From assembly GCF_001194135.2 (NCBI RefSeq), contig NC_068989.1, positions 53,144,552-53,208,551 on the forward strand: a stretch of 64,000 bases of DNA, read 5' to 3'. The DNA is from Octopus bimaculoides. Lineage: Eukaryota. The stretch's first letter is position 1. Each line of letters starts with the position of its first letter. The translations under genes and the position numbers were made by a program. Under the pieces are notes generated by a model. It made no database searches and was not told where the DNA came from. It was given only the letters and a program-made list of their open reading frames with translations. Below, piece by piece: positions 37,042 to 49,930 of this stretch.

Positions 37042-37775
37042 TAATAATAATTTCTTTATTGCAATAACAATCCTTTGTACAATAGGCACGAGGTCTGAAA
37101 TTTTACAGGAGGGGGCAAATTGATTACATCAACCCCAGTGCCTGACTGATACTTGTTTTATCAACCCCAAAATGATGAAAGGCAAAGTTGATCATGGCAG
37201 AATTTGAACACAAAATGTAAGGACACATGAAATGTCGCTAAGCATTTTGCCCAGTGTGATAATGACTGCCAGCTCTTGAGAAATTAGATGGCAGTAAGAA
37301 AGGACAATCCCAAAGAAATCTGTTGTTCTACAGGCCAAAGAATAAAGGTTTCCACAGGACACCTATGGTCAATGACAGAAACATAGACCAATCAATATAA
37401 CTTTGATGTGATTCAAGCTCAAGTTTCCAGAAACTATAATAACCACAAGCAAATGTTATCTATAAATAAGATATTAAGTCTAACTCATTAGTATTCAGAA
37501 TTCAAACGGTCTTGAATTAATCATGCGTTATCTCATTGCTTCAAGATTTCAGTGTTGTGACTGCTTCTTTTTTAGAATGACATTGGTGGATAGGCATGAG
37601 AGGCCAGATCTGGTCAGTTTGAACATAAAGCAGGTTGAATATTTGGGCCAGATATAACCGTTTTATATGCAAAGGTTTAAATGCAGAAGCATGTGATTAA
37701 AAAATTGGAAACCTACATATTCTTAAAAAATGGGACGGTGTATGTCAAGAATGCTTATAGGTCAGCAGAGAGTGG

Positions 37776-37837
37776 AGAGAGCAGAGAGAGAGAGAGAAAG
37801 AAAGTGTGGAGAGGGGGAAAGAAAGTGTGGAGAGAGG

Positions 37838-37875
<38 letters not shown>

Positions 37876-38017
37876 GAGTGGAAAGAGAGAGACAGAGTGG
37901 AAAGAGAGAGACAGAGTGGAAAGAGAGAGAGAGAGACAGAGTGGAAAGAGAGAGAGAGAGACAGAGTGGAAAGAGAGAGAGAGAGACAGAGTGGAAAGAG
38001 AGAGAGAGAGAGACAGA
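37776..38017. repeat. GA-rich minisatellite (gacagagtggaaa(ga)n) running into a gap
   Basis: Direct inspection. Confidence 0.95.
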
Positions 38018-39108
38018 NNNNNNNNNNNNNNNNNNNNNNNNNNNNNNNNNNNNNNNNNNNNNNNNNNNNNNNNNNNNNNNNNNNNNNNNNNNNNNNNNNN
38101 NNNNNNNNNNNNNNNNNNNNNNNNNNNNNNNNNNNNNNNNNNNNNNNNNNNNNNNNNNNNNNNNNNNNNNNNNNNNNNNNNNNNNNNNNNNNNNNNNNNN
38201 NNNNNNNNNNNNNNNNNNNNNNNNNNNNNNNNNNNNNNNNNNNNNNNNNNNNNNNNNNNNNNNNNNNNNNNNNNNNNNNNNNNNNNNNNNNNNNNNNNNN
38301 NNNNNNNNNNNNNNNNNNNNNNNNNNNNNNNNNNNNNNNNNNNNNNNNNNNNNNNNNNNNNNNNNNNNNNNNNNNNNNNNNNNNNNNNNNNNNNNNNNNN
38401 NNNNNNNNNNNNNNNNNNNNNNNNNNNNNNNNNNNNNNNNNNNNNNNNNNNNNNNNNNNNNNNNNNNNNNNNNNNNNNNNNNNNNNNNNNNNNNNNNNNN
38501 NNNNNNNNNNNNNNNNNNNNNNNNNNNNNNGAATGAGAGAGAAAAAAGGGAGAGAAAGAGAAAGCGAGAATGAAAGTGTGTGTGTGATTTGCTACTGTAA
38601 TAAATCTCACCCACCTTTTAAATTGAAAGGCAGAAAACTAGTCCCCTTCTCGCTTACATATACGAAAGAGTGCTGTAATGTTCCTCATGAAAAACCTGGC
38701 TGGAGGCCCAACCTGAGTTTTTTTTACAGGGCTAAGAAAAACTGAAGGACTGCTCCAATAAGTGTGTGAATCTGAGAGGGGAATATGTTGAATAAAATTA
38801 TAATTAACTGATCCTCTTGTATTTTCTTTTACCCAAAACCAGGAACTTTTCATCACCCACTTGTATTTCTCTTCAACATTCATATGTGCATATGCATATA
38901 CATGCACATATACATGAATACATGTATACATACATGCATATATTTACATGCCATGTACTGAATTTTGTATTTCTTTACATTAGCAAATCTATGACAGTCA
39001 GATATCAAACTGATTGAGGCAAAGTCCAGATGTAAATAATAAAAACACCCTTCATCACCAAAACATTCGTACTTCAAATGTCTCAAATTTATAAGCCAAA
39101 CTACTTAC

Positions 39109-39213
39109 TAGGACCGGCTATTTCTTCGGATTCCTGTACTAATTTTTCAATCAGCTTCTTTCCTTTCTCTATGTTCTCATATGTTAACTGCAAGCTCTCA
39201 TGAGGGTGCGAAA
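39109..39213 (-). CDS. Internal coding exon (105 nt, phase 1-1) of an unidentified host gene
   Basis: Acceptor ttttttttctttggttttcag, donor gtaagt; encodes (V)SHPHESLQLTYENIEKGKKLIEKLVQESEEIAGP. Confidence 0.72.
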
Positions 39214-41670
39214 CTGAAAACCAAAGAAAAAAAATACGTGTAAAAGTCTCCCCGTTTAGTTGTAAACAAAAAAAAACAAACAAACAAAAAGTTTTAAAAA
39301 AACAAAAATGAAAAGAGAAAACAGCTTAAAAACATTTTTATAATGATTTAAGCACAAGCATGGCTGTGTGCTTCTGAACCATGTGGTTTTGGGCTCAGCC
39401 CCTGTATGTGGCACCCTAGCCAATCATCTACTACATACCTAGACTCAAAGCAGAGAGCTGAGGGTTTTTGATCACTGCACAGGACCAAAGCCTCCACATC
39501 AGAAACGAAAGGAAACAATATAATTAAGCAGTAAGTAATTGCAGAATATGAAAAGATGGAGAAGAAACAATTAACCATAATATCTCTGGCTGCTCAGTCG
39601 TAGCCAACAAAGAATATATCCACAGACAAGACAGAATTGAGACTAACACTGGAAGTAATGAAATACCAACAGAAAAGAAGATGCACAGGCATATCCGAAG
39701 AAAGGCCTCCGAAAATGGCAAAGCAATCATACTCCAGAACAGTGCTCCACAACTGGTATGCCGAACACACTGGTGTGCCACAAGATGATGCTAGATGCGC
39801 TGCAGTGTAACCTGAATATAATTTTCTCTCTATGCTTTTAGTTCAGGTGTGCCACTGAATTTTGAAAAAGTGTACCACAAGTGCAAAAAAGGTTGCGAGC
39901 ACTATTCTAGGATATGCCAGTACACAGACAGGGAGAACAAGGCTAATCAAGGAGATATTATTGTCAAGGACCAGCAGGAAATCCTATATCACATATTAAT
40001 CTCAACAGATGGAAATGTGTCTCTAAACATTTTCATGATTTTGTCAATGGGCAGAACTTGATATAAGAAATGAAGCTGAGGATATAGAATAGGTCGACTG
40101 ATGTTTCACATTATCCATATATGTTATGTGCATTTAATTATTTTAAGAAATGTATGATTAAGTCTTACTATAGAAGCGGGATTAGTGTTAGAGCTGGAGT
40201 TAGTGATTCCATAAATCAAGATATCAGATACATAGGTTTCTACAGTCCTGAATCTTTTTATAAAGATTTTCTAGGATAGGAGAAAAGGGCATTATTACTA
40301 CATTAATAGGATCTAGGACAGATGAGAGGCAATGCAGACCTCACTAAGATCAGAATGCAAATGGATAAAACTGAAATAAAACTGTTTCCAACAATCTACT
40401 GCACTACTGCTTGTAAAACAATGACAGCAACAACTTTTAATATTGGCACAAGGTCACATATTTGCAGAGGAGGTGATATCACTGACTGAGTTAACTTTAG
40501 TATATTGTCTGAGAATTTAGTGACATAGACTGAAGTTAACTAATGGCCACTCAATCACTCATTAACACACTCCAACCACTAACCCTGAGACGAGATGTTT
40601 TCTCACTGTTGTTTCTTCAGATATTAAAGTGGCAATTGTTCTTTAAAACTGGTTAATTTTGTGTTGACTCCTGTCAGCATGCCTGATACACATTTCTCTA
40701 ATTTTTCTGCTGCTTAAGAGGAACATAAGCCCTTCCACATTATTCTGTCAAATGTAATGCTTTTTTATTCACATTGTTTTAAATTAATCATGCATTAATT
40801 TTGTAGGTTTGTAATTTTAATGAGCTAACTTGATTTTTAGAATAATGCTGTAGAGTTGGTGCATGAGGCCAGTCCTGGTGAATTTGGATATAAATATTTT
40901 GGCCAGGAAAAGCCGGTTTTTATGGCATGTATCTCACCATCTCTAAGGCCTGTGAGAGCAACAGGCACATTATTGACCTCCAAGCCAAACTATTTCGGCA
41001 AAAGACCCTTTAACATTTAAGCCAGCCATATATCCGACCCAAATAATCTGTCTTATGTTTAAACTCGCCATGTTCAACTTCCCACACCTAACCTACAAGG
41101 TCATTGTAAAATTAAACAATCACATCTTTGAAATCTCAATGATATAAGATAATGCAAGATTAATTCAAAATAATGTGAATAAATAAGCATTACATTTGAC
41201 AAAGAAATCAGAATGCTTAAAGGGTCACTGCAGTTAGACATTTAGTCCAAGACATCGTGATTTCTGCTAGAAGTTACGTCATCTCTAACATCCTCCTCTG
41301 TTTCTGTAATTTGTGGTCTATAGCATGCTGTGCACATACCACTGGTCCTCCCTAACTATAAGTTTCATGTATTTTTTGCCATTGTCCTTTGCTATGTTCC
41401 ATGAAAATATGCCTGGTCTTAGTTGGAAACAGGTCAGGATTGGCAAACAGGAAAGGTTTCTGAACTCAACAAATTACACCCAGCCCATATCAGGATTAAT
41501 TGATTTCAATGAATGTATGTAGAATGCAGAAACTAATATAACATTGGTGAAAAAGTGTGGAGTCACCACCTTTGGAAAGGAGAAGGAAATCTAAAATTGA
41601 AAAGTTTTATTGCACCAGAAGAGCAATAACCAATGGAAGCATATACCAGAGACCAACTATTACTGTAGAG

Positions 41671-41840
41671 CAGTGCTCCGCAACCTTTTTTTCACTTACA
41701 AACACCTATATTCCATTCAAAATTAAGCAGCACACCTGAAATAAAAAATATAATCAAAAGTATAGGGGGAAAAAAAATCATATTCAGGTTACTGTGGCAC
41801 ACCTAGCATCATCTCATGGCATACCAGTTGCAGAGCACTA
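41671..41840. mobile_element. hAT (Charlie-like) MITE, 170 bp
   Basis: TIR cagtgctccgcaac / gttgcagagcacta; 8-bp TSD CTGTAGAG at 41663-41670 and 41841-41848. Confidence 0.88.
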
Positions 41841-42526
41841 CTGTAGAGGACAATAAGATCAGATTATGTTAGCTTCTAAGAACAAGTTTAAAAGTATCAA
41901 GAGTTCAATTAATAATAAACATTTTTAGTACGTACATATGTATGTATATATATATAGTGATTATTTAGTCCTTTTTCTCTAATATTTTCATTTCCCACTA
42001 CCCCCATACTACTTACATCTTTTCACACATGCTCCTTTCCCACCATTTTTGCCCCCCAAAACCTCCTTTAACCTCTCAGCATTCACATTTCACAGCCTAA
42101 CATTCTAATAGTCAGTCTACTGTATTCTTTTCTCACTCCAAAACATTAAATCTCTCTTCATTCTCACCTCATATAAAATATTCCACTATTTTGAATCATT
42201 TTATATTACCATAAATTTATCAAGAGCAGAATAAATAAATAAATAAATAAATAAAAAAAAAATAAATTAAAAAAACTGATTAATCAAATCAGTATCTGTG
42301 AAATTGGAAATTTTAACGCATTATATAACAATTTATATTTAGCAAGATGCAGTACATTTCTACCAGCTCAAACTCCACGACTCCAATTTCATAGCCCTGC
42401 TAGAAAGCGGAATTAAGTATGTTCGAACACTTCCAAATAATATAGGAAGCAAAACATTCATCTCTTCAAGATAACAGCAAAATTACAACCAGAAAATAGA
42501 AATACTGAAAGAGAAGATGTTCTTAC

Positions 42527-42647
42527 CTCCTGACTTTGACATTAGGTCCTGTAATGCTGCTAACCTTACAGTAGCTAAATCCACATCTTTAGAAGACTGC
42601 TCCATCTCAGAGAGGCAATTACGGAGTTTTGCATTAGCACCTTTTAG
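42527..42647 (-). CDS. Internal coding exon (121 nt, phase 0-1) of the same unidentified gene
   Basis: Acceptor tttgtttttggtttcag, donor gtaaga; encodes LKGANAKLRNCLSEMEQSSKDVDLATVRLAALQDLMSKSG(G/V junction); splices in frame to 39213. Confidence 0.75.
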
Positions 42648-43517
42648 CTGAAACCAAAAACAAAGTAGATATTTATAGATCTCTTGGGAGTAGCCACTCA
42701 GAAACATCATCATCATTATCATCATTTAACGTCCATTGTCCATGCTGGCATGGGTTAGATGGTTTGACCAAAGCTGGTAAGTTGCACCATTTTTTAGTCT
42801 GATTTGGTATGGTTTCTATAGCTGGATGCCCTTCCTAACACCAAATATATATGTATAAAAATATACATGCATATAAGGGTCACTTTAAACCTTACAAAAG
42901 TTACAAAAAAATTTTCACTAGGGATAGTGACAAGAAAAAAAACCATCCAGTACACTCCGTAGTGTAGAAGACGCTTGCCCATGGGGTTGGAAAGAGAACT
43001 TCTCAACTGCACAGACATGCTCATGGCTTATAAAGTGTAAACCAGGAAACATTATTAGAAGAGAAAAGCTGCAGTGTGATAAAAGCATATAATTTGGATT
43101 AAAGGAGTATAACAGGAACACACACACAAACACAGCAAAACTTTTCTGCATTCTTTCTTCAACGCTAAGTTGGAACCATTACTTACAAACCATTACAAAG
43201 TAGTGATATTAATAACAGGCATTAAAAGTTCTTCAATAGCATACCTCTAGAGAGGTATATATATATATATATATATATATATNNNNNNNNNNNNNNNNNN
43301 NNNNNNNNNNNNNNNNNNNNNNNNNNNNNNNNNNNNNNNNNNNNNNNNNNNNNNNNNNNNNNNNNNNNNNNNNNNNNNNNNNNNNNNNNNNNNNNNNNNN
43401 NNNNNNNNNNNNNNNNNNNNNNNNNNNNNNNNNNNNNNNNNNNTACATACATACACACACACACAAATCACTAAACACAATCCACTACATACTCACAAAC
43501 TACAAAGAATTCACTCC

Positions 43518-43557
<40 letters not shown>

Positions 43558-44810
43558 ACTACACACACAAGTGCATAATAAGTAGATTACTGCCAAACAG
43601 TATGAGGACAGCTGAGAAAATGCAGTGCAGTTTGTAAAGCCTGAAAGCCATCAGTCCTAATTTAACAGGTTTATTTACCAATACTGATTGAAACCAATAA
43701 AGTGAAGATCACAGTAAGGTGGAGGAGTGGGGAGAAGAGAAAATCTTTTCAAAATGAACAGCAATGTTAGTAATGAAATTGCAAGTCTTTGAAGCACATT
43801 TGCATCATTATTGCTCAAACGTGCATACCAACATTTTCTCCTCCTACGCCACCAGATTTTCTATACCCAATTTAATTATATTCCTTCTCTTTTAGCTGTT
43901 CTGTCTTTTGCTTATATGAAAATAAACAGCAAATATTTGCCTTTAAAATCCGAAGGTCAAGTGATCAAGTGCCTAAGAAATTCAACTACTGACTAACAGG
44001 TTCATGGGAATTAATATCTGCAACAGACCTGTTGTTGTCTTTTGGCAAGACAATTCTGAAGTGACCCCTTACCACCTAACTCTTAGTAGAATACACACCT
44101 ATCTATTCTTAAGTCCTGAGACTGAGCTCAGAGATAGAATCAATCCTATATAAAAGATCTATCGCCTCTTGAGCTCTAATTCTATCAAGAAAGGCTCTCT
44201 TTGTAACTCCCTCAAACTGAGCACTGAGCTTATCGGATACTTGAAAGGAATGCTCAAGTAATATCCACTATAGACCAGATGGTACTGAACTCAAATGATA
44301 TTACATCCACTTTGTTGTACTAAACTTCATGAATCTCCCGGGATGGCAAAATCATCCCATGCTACTTTCTGATACAAACACTAGACAAGCAATATACTAA
44401 AATCTAACAATGTAGAGTATTGTAGTGAACAGGGACACACTGTTCATAGAAAAGGTTGCAAACAACAACGAAAGAACTTTCACACAGACAAACAACCAAA
44501 TGTTTAACCAGTACATAAACCCTTTCGTATTCAGATTACTCTGCCAAATTTAATACTTATTTACCCAAACTATTTTCAACTAATCATTTACCATCGCCTA
44601 GCTATGAGATTTTGATGATGATATTGTCTATTTTTTGAATTACATTGTAGGACAGGGGTGAGAGGCTGAATCTGGCCATTTTGAACATAAAACAGTAAGA
44701 ATATCTTGGCTGGATATGACCAGTTTAAATGATAAAGGGTCAAACAAATGATTGATTAGTTAGTTAGTTGAACATTTTATCCTTTAGCATTAAGATTACT
44801 TTGTCAAGTG

Positions 44811-45195
44811 TGTAGTAACGCCGTGCGCATGCGTAGTCTCACGCATGCGTGGAATTAAACAAGCAAGCGTTCCCGCTCAATTCATTCTCATTCTTGCTGG
44901 CCAGCAATAGAGCATGGACGTGTCAAGAGTGTCTCTAACATTCGAACTCTGGAGACAGTCTCTTTACGTGTTAAGCTGTCTCTCTACATCTTTCGGACTT
45001 ACACTAGACAGCTCGCTCACATCCACATAACAACAACAGAAGCTGTAACAACAAGAACTAAAGATGTATATATTTACCGTTTAAATAAAGTGTTGTTTAA
45101 GTTGATAGTCTGGAGTTCAGCGTATCGTTATATTCTGTAATTTTATATAGGAAAGTCAGGTATACATCTAATGATGTATAACCAACTTTCCTATA
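44811..45195 (+). mobile_element. Solo LTR (Gypsy-like) nested in a TTAA MITE
   Basis: Starts TGTAG, ends CTATA (CTACA expected); 4-bp TSD AGTG at 44807-44810 and 45196-45199; internal AATAAA; splits the MITE sequence gtca|agtg|taatgc. Confidence 0.72.
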
Positions 45196-46844
45196 AGTGT
45201 AATGCTTTTATGTTCTGTTATGTCTCAAACTACTGCTATCTAGCACCTTTGGATGATCTCTACTCAACCGCTACATAACTGCTACTCAACACACCTACCA
45301 TGGCCAGACTACCTCTATTTATATGTCTTGGGAGATCCTACTTCTTCACCTGGGGGCGTCGACACAGCATGTTCACAATGTTTTGAATTAATCATATATT
45401 GTCTCATTGTTTTGAGATTTTGATGTGGTTTGACACAGTAAGGTAGGTTTAAGAAGCTGGGTTTGGCCATTTTTACCAAAGTAGAACATTTGGATCAGAT
45501 ATGGCCAGTTTAAATGCTAAAAAGTTTAACCAACTGACTAATAATAAAGAAGTGGGATCAAACCTGTGCATGTGTTATTGGAATAATGACTCTCCAAGAC
45601 AAAATAGGTTTCAACACACAATTTCATATCAAGAATCTTGCCAACTAAATACAAAAACAAAATTATTACTATCCAAATTCATATAACCATCCGAACCGAC
45701 AGAAAGCAAGTTTTAAAAAAACAGAAAATTTCCAGTTGAGAAGAGAATTTAATTTTAGCTCTGTACATGAACCAACAACACTAAATTAGTTTATCCAATA
45801 TAACACCAAATCTTTTAGCTAAGGACTGCATCCACATATCAATTTGTTCACTCCACATTCTGCTCATCCAAAGATGATAAAAAAAAAAATATAAAAAAAG
45901 AGGGAAAAATGGTTTAGAAATATTTACAATGCTGTAGCAAGGTTGATGGAATCTCATCTAAATTTATCAGTATGTTTATTAGGAGTAAGACCTCTTCTAA
46001 GAGAGTGAACCGATTCAACAAAATCTATTTATGCCAAGTTTATTGCAATCTGCCAAGCTTTACAAAGAAAACCTACTCAAACATTCAGTTAAGACTCAAG
46101 CCTGACTTTCCAATTCAAGTAAAATATCAGTAAAAAATGTATAATCACCTTAGATAATTAATTCACTTAGCAACACACACATTTTAAAAAGTAAAAGACA
46201 GCTTAGCTGGTCATTATAGACTCTTCCTTAATTTAACCGTTTGGCATTTGAATCCATCACACCCAGCCTATTCAATGCTCAAACTTATCTAGATCTGGCC
46301 TTTCACACCTACAATGTCATTCAAAAAATAAACCATTAGGTCAATGAAATCTCAAAGATACAAAATACTGCATATTCAATTCAAAACAATGTGCATAAGC
46401 ATTACATTTAACAGGCTAACCAGAATGCCAAAGGGTTAAAAGCTCGTTATCATTTAAAATCTGCCTTCCATGCTAGCATGGGTTGGACAGTTTGACAGGA
46501 GCCAGCCAGGCAGGAGCGTGCACCAGACTTCTGTGTCTGTTTTGGCACGGTTTTTACAGTTGGATGCCCTTCTTAACACCAACCACCTGGCATTTAATGA
46601 TGAGCCACAACAAACTTATAGCTGCAAGCAAAACATGAAGCACAGTATGAATTTCCCAATATCTTCGGAGAACCAGGTAACACAGCGAATTTGCATAGTT
46701 GTTAAGGCATCAGATAGAATGCATAGCAGTATCTGCTTCAATTCTCTGCATTCTTGGTTCAAATCTAACGAAGATCAACTTTGCCCTCCATCCTTTCAAG
46801 GACTGATAGAACAAAACACTTCTCTAGTACAATGAATTGTGAAA

Positions 46845-47135
46845 GTGCGTGGCTCAGTGGTTACGGTATTCAGCACATGATCATAAGTTTGATTCTTGGT
46901 GGCACGTTCTGTCCTTGAGCAAGACACTTCATTTCCCATTGCTCCAGTCCACTCAGCTGGCAAAATAGAGTAGTACCTGTAGTTCAAGGGATCAGCCTCG
47001 TCACATCGCGTGTCATGCTGAATCTCCCTGAGAACTACAAGAAGGGTACGTGTATCCGTAGAGTGCATATTAATTCCATGAATTGATTGTTCCATTGATC
47101 GGATCAACTGGAACCATTGTTGTTATAACTGACAG
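46845..47135 (+). mobile_element. tRNA-derived SINE with central CCTTGAGCAAGACACT motif
   Basis: Head gtggctcagtggtta…; the 3' part is related to the minus-strand SINE at 49545-49930. Confidence 0.6.
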
Positions 47136-48747
47136 AATGCCAATTAGTTATGGATTAGTAGAAGTGTAACGATATCGAACTCAATGAGTTACTGGTTCTT
47201 TGCATCCAGAGTTCAAATCCTGCCACGGTCTACTTAGGTGCAAAGCTTAACTTGTTGCCAAATTTAGCTCTACCACCTGACACTTTAGTGGAGTCCACTC
47301 TACCGCACATGCATTCAGGCCACACCCTTGATTTGAGGATAACTTCCTCGTCACCAACGAAAGCCTAGTAAAAAGGGGTCGTTGCAATGTAATTTTAATT
47401 CAAAGGTAATCAGTAATCCAAAACAGAACCTGAATTCTCACAAAGTAAACTGATGATGTAGGGTTCATCATGCACATGTTTTGTGTACAAATAATCTAAT
47501 CAAATCATAAGATGACATAAATATTGTAAGATGACAAACAAGAGACAAAAGTATTGTATGCTTTACATCCACATTTAGTAAATTTAAATTAAAAAAGAAA
47601 AAGCTTTGCCTTTTAATTGACAGGAACAGGGTGTTTGCATTAATCACCTACATTTACTGTTTTTCTTTTCTTTCATCTCTTGGAGATAAAATTTTCTTAT
47701 TTGTATTACAGATACGCATATTTCAAAAAATCACCTTCAACAGACATAGTAAATGAGTTGAATGAAATGACTTGATTAATTTACATTAAAATCTGCCGAA
47801 GATGCAAATTTAGTTACAATGCTTGCTGCATAGCTAAATGGTTAATGTAGGAAAGAACATCGAAACTACTTTCATTAGTTATGCAAATGCCTGCATTTTC
47901 CAAACCATTTAAACATGTGAAGATTACAGTTCCTCACATTATAACACACAGAAGACAGATTTGCATAAGCATGGATTTTATAGTATAATATATTGGGCAT
48001 TGCTGTGTATTTAAATTTGCTTTGCAGGCACATGATTTTTTAGGTTCAATCACTTTGGCCCAGTGTCTTCTAATAGAGCCTCTAGACTGACCAACACTTT
48101 AACAAATGACTAAATGGAACTTGTCATGCATGTGAATTTATTTCCACATTCTTTCAGTGTAATGTCACTTGGGCAGCGGCAGCAGCAACATTTGCTTATG
48201 TCCTGCATAACAGTTTCTCAGTTCAATGCATGAGCAACTTCAGTAACGATTGAGTTTATGAAGGAAATCCATCCATAGAACACAGCCTTGAGAAGTCTTA
48301 TTTAACCCAGAGCAGCAGGGAAAAATAACAGTAAAAATGATTAATTACTACCATATATACTTGCAGATAAATTGCACTTTTTCTTTACCAAAACTTTTGA
48401 TAGAAGCCAGGGGTGCAACTTATCCACCCAACAATAGGGATCTGAAGCAGATGGCAGTGTATCAGTAGTCAAGTTGATTTATCAATTAGACTTTCATAAA
48501 ATCACTTCTGCAAAAAGTTTTAATATTTGTAAGCAAAGTTTTGAAATAAAGATGAATATTTGGTAATATCTAAAATATTAGTTATATTAAAAAAGGGCCA
48601 TCTAACTCCCCAAATAATAGTGTGACCTATCTACGAGTCAACTGCAAATACTTAATTTGAAAACTCCAAACTGAGGGTGCGATCTATTCACTGGTGTGGC
48701 TTATCTGCAAGTATATATGGTATAATTACTAATATAAATATACAAAA

Positions 48748-48960
48748 GTGGTGAGCTGGCAGAAACGTTAGCACACCAGGCAAAATGCTTAGCACTATTT
48801 CGTCTGTCTTTATGTTCCAAGTTCAAATTTTGCTGAGATCAACTTTGCCTTTCATCCTTTCGGGGTCAATATAAAGCAAGTGCCAGTTGCGCACTGAGGT
48901 CAATCTAATCAACTGGCCCCCTCCCTAAAAATTTCAGGCCTTGTGCCTAGAATAGAAAAG
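48748..48960 (+). mobile_element. Octopus-type SINE (OK-like)
   Basis: gagctggcagaaacgttagc…gttcaaatt…tttgcctttcatcctttcggggtc. Many minus-strand copies at ~27100-28270, 34000-34170 and 35780-37270. Confidence 0.75.
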
Positions 48961-49544
48961 AACATACACACACACACACACAGAACAGAACAGAACCAAA
49001 ACACCAGCCACAGAGATACATCGAGAAATTTAATGATGCCCTCATGTAAAAACCATATCACACACACATCACAAACATTAAAATATGGTTCCAGTAGAAT
49101 CAGAAAATGTCAGGAATCATTTCTGCATGTTTCCCAACAGGCACACAGACATCCAGTTAAAAGTGCTGAGGAAAAGATAAATATTAGCTCTACACACAAG
49201 CTACCAGCCCAACTCAATCAGGAAAATAAACATTTAGAAACCTTACTGTTTCAAACCAAACGCTTAGCACTAACAGGGAAAATATATAAAATACTAAAAA
49301 GATCAAACTTGAGCACATTCATGGTCTTAATATCACATTTGGAAGTAATACACACACCTCTTATTTGTTTCAATCATTTGACTGTGGGCATGCTGGGGCA
49401 CCATCCTGAAGAACCTTCAGTCAAATGAATCAGCCCCAATACTTATTTTAACTTCTTTTTCAAGTCTGGTACTAATGCAGTCAGTCTTTTGCTGAACCAC
49501 TAAGTTATGGGGGCATAAACACACCAACATCAGTTGTCAAACAG

Positions 49545-49930
49545 TTGTTGTTGGCACTCCATCGCTTACGACGTCGAGGGTTCCAGTTGATCCGATCAGC
49601 AGAACCGCCTGCTCATGAAATTAATGTGCAAGTGGCTGAGCACTCCACAGACACGTGTACCCTTAACGTAGTTCTCGGGGATATTCAGTGTGACACAGTG
49701 TGACAAGGCTGACCCTTTGAATTACAGGCACAACAGAAACAGGAAGTAAGAGTGAGAGAAAGTTGTGGTGGAAGAGTACAGCAGGGTGCACCAACATACC
49801 CTGCCGGAGCCTCGTGGAGCTTTAGGTGTTTTCGCTCAATAAACTCTCACAACGCCCGCTCTGGGAATCGAAACCGCGATCCTATGACTGCGAGTCCGCT
49901 GCCCTAACCACTGGGCTATTGCACCTCCAC
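49545..49930 (-). mobile_element. tRNA-derived SINE, young copy
   Basis: Minus-strand head gtggaggtgcaatagcccagtggttagggcagcggactcgc…ggtttcgattccc. Confidence 0.75.
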
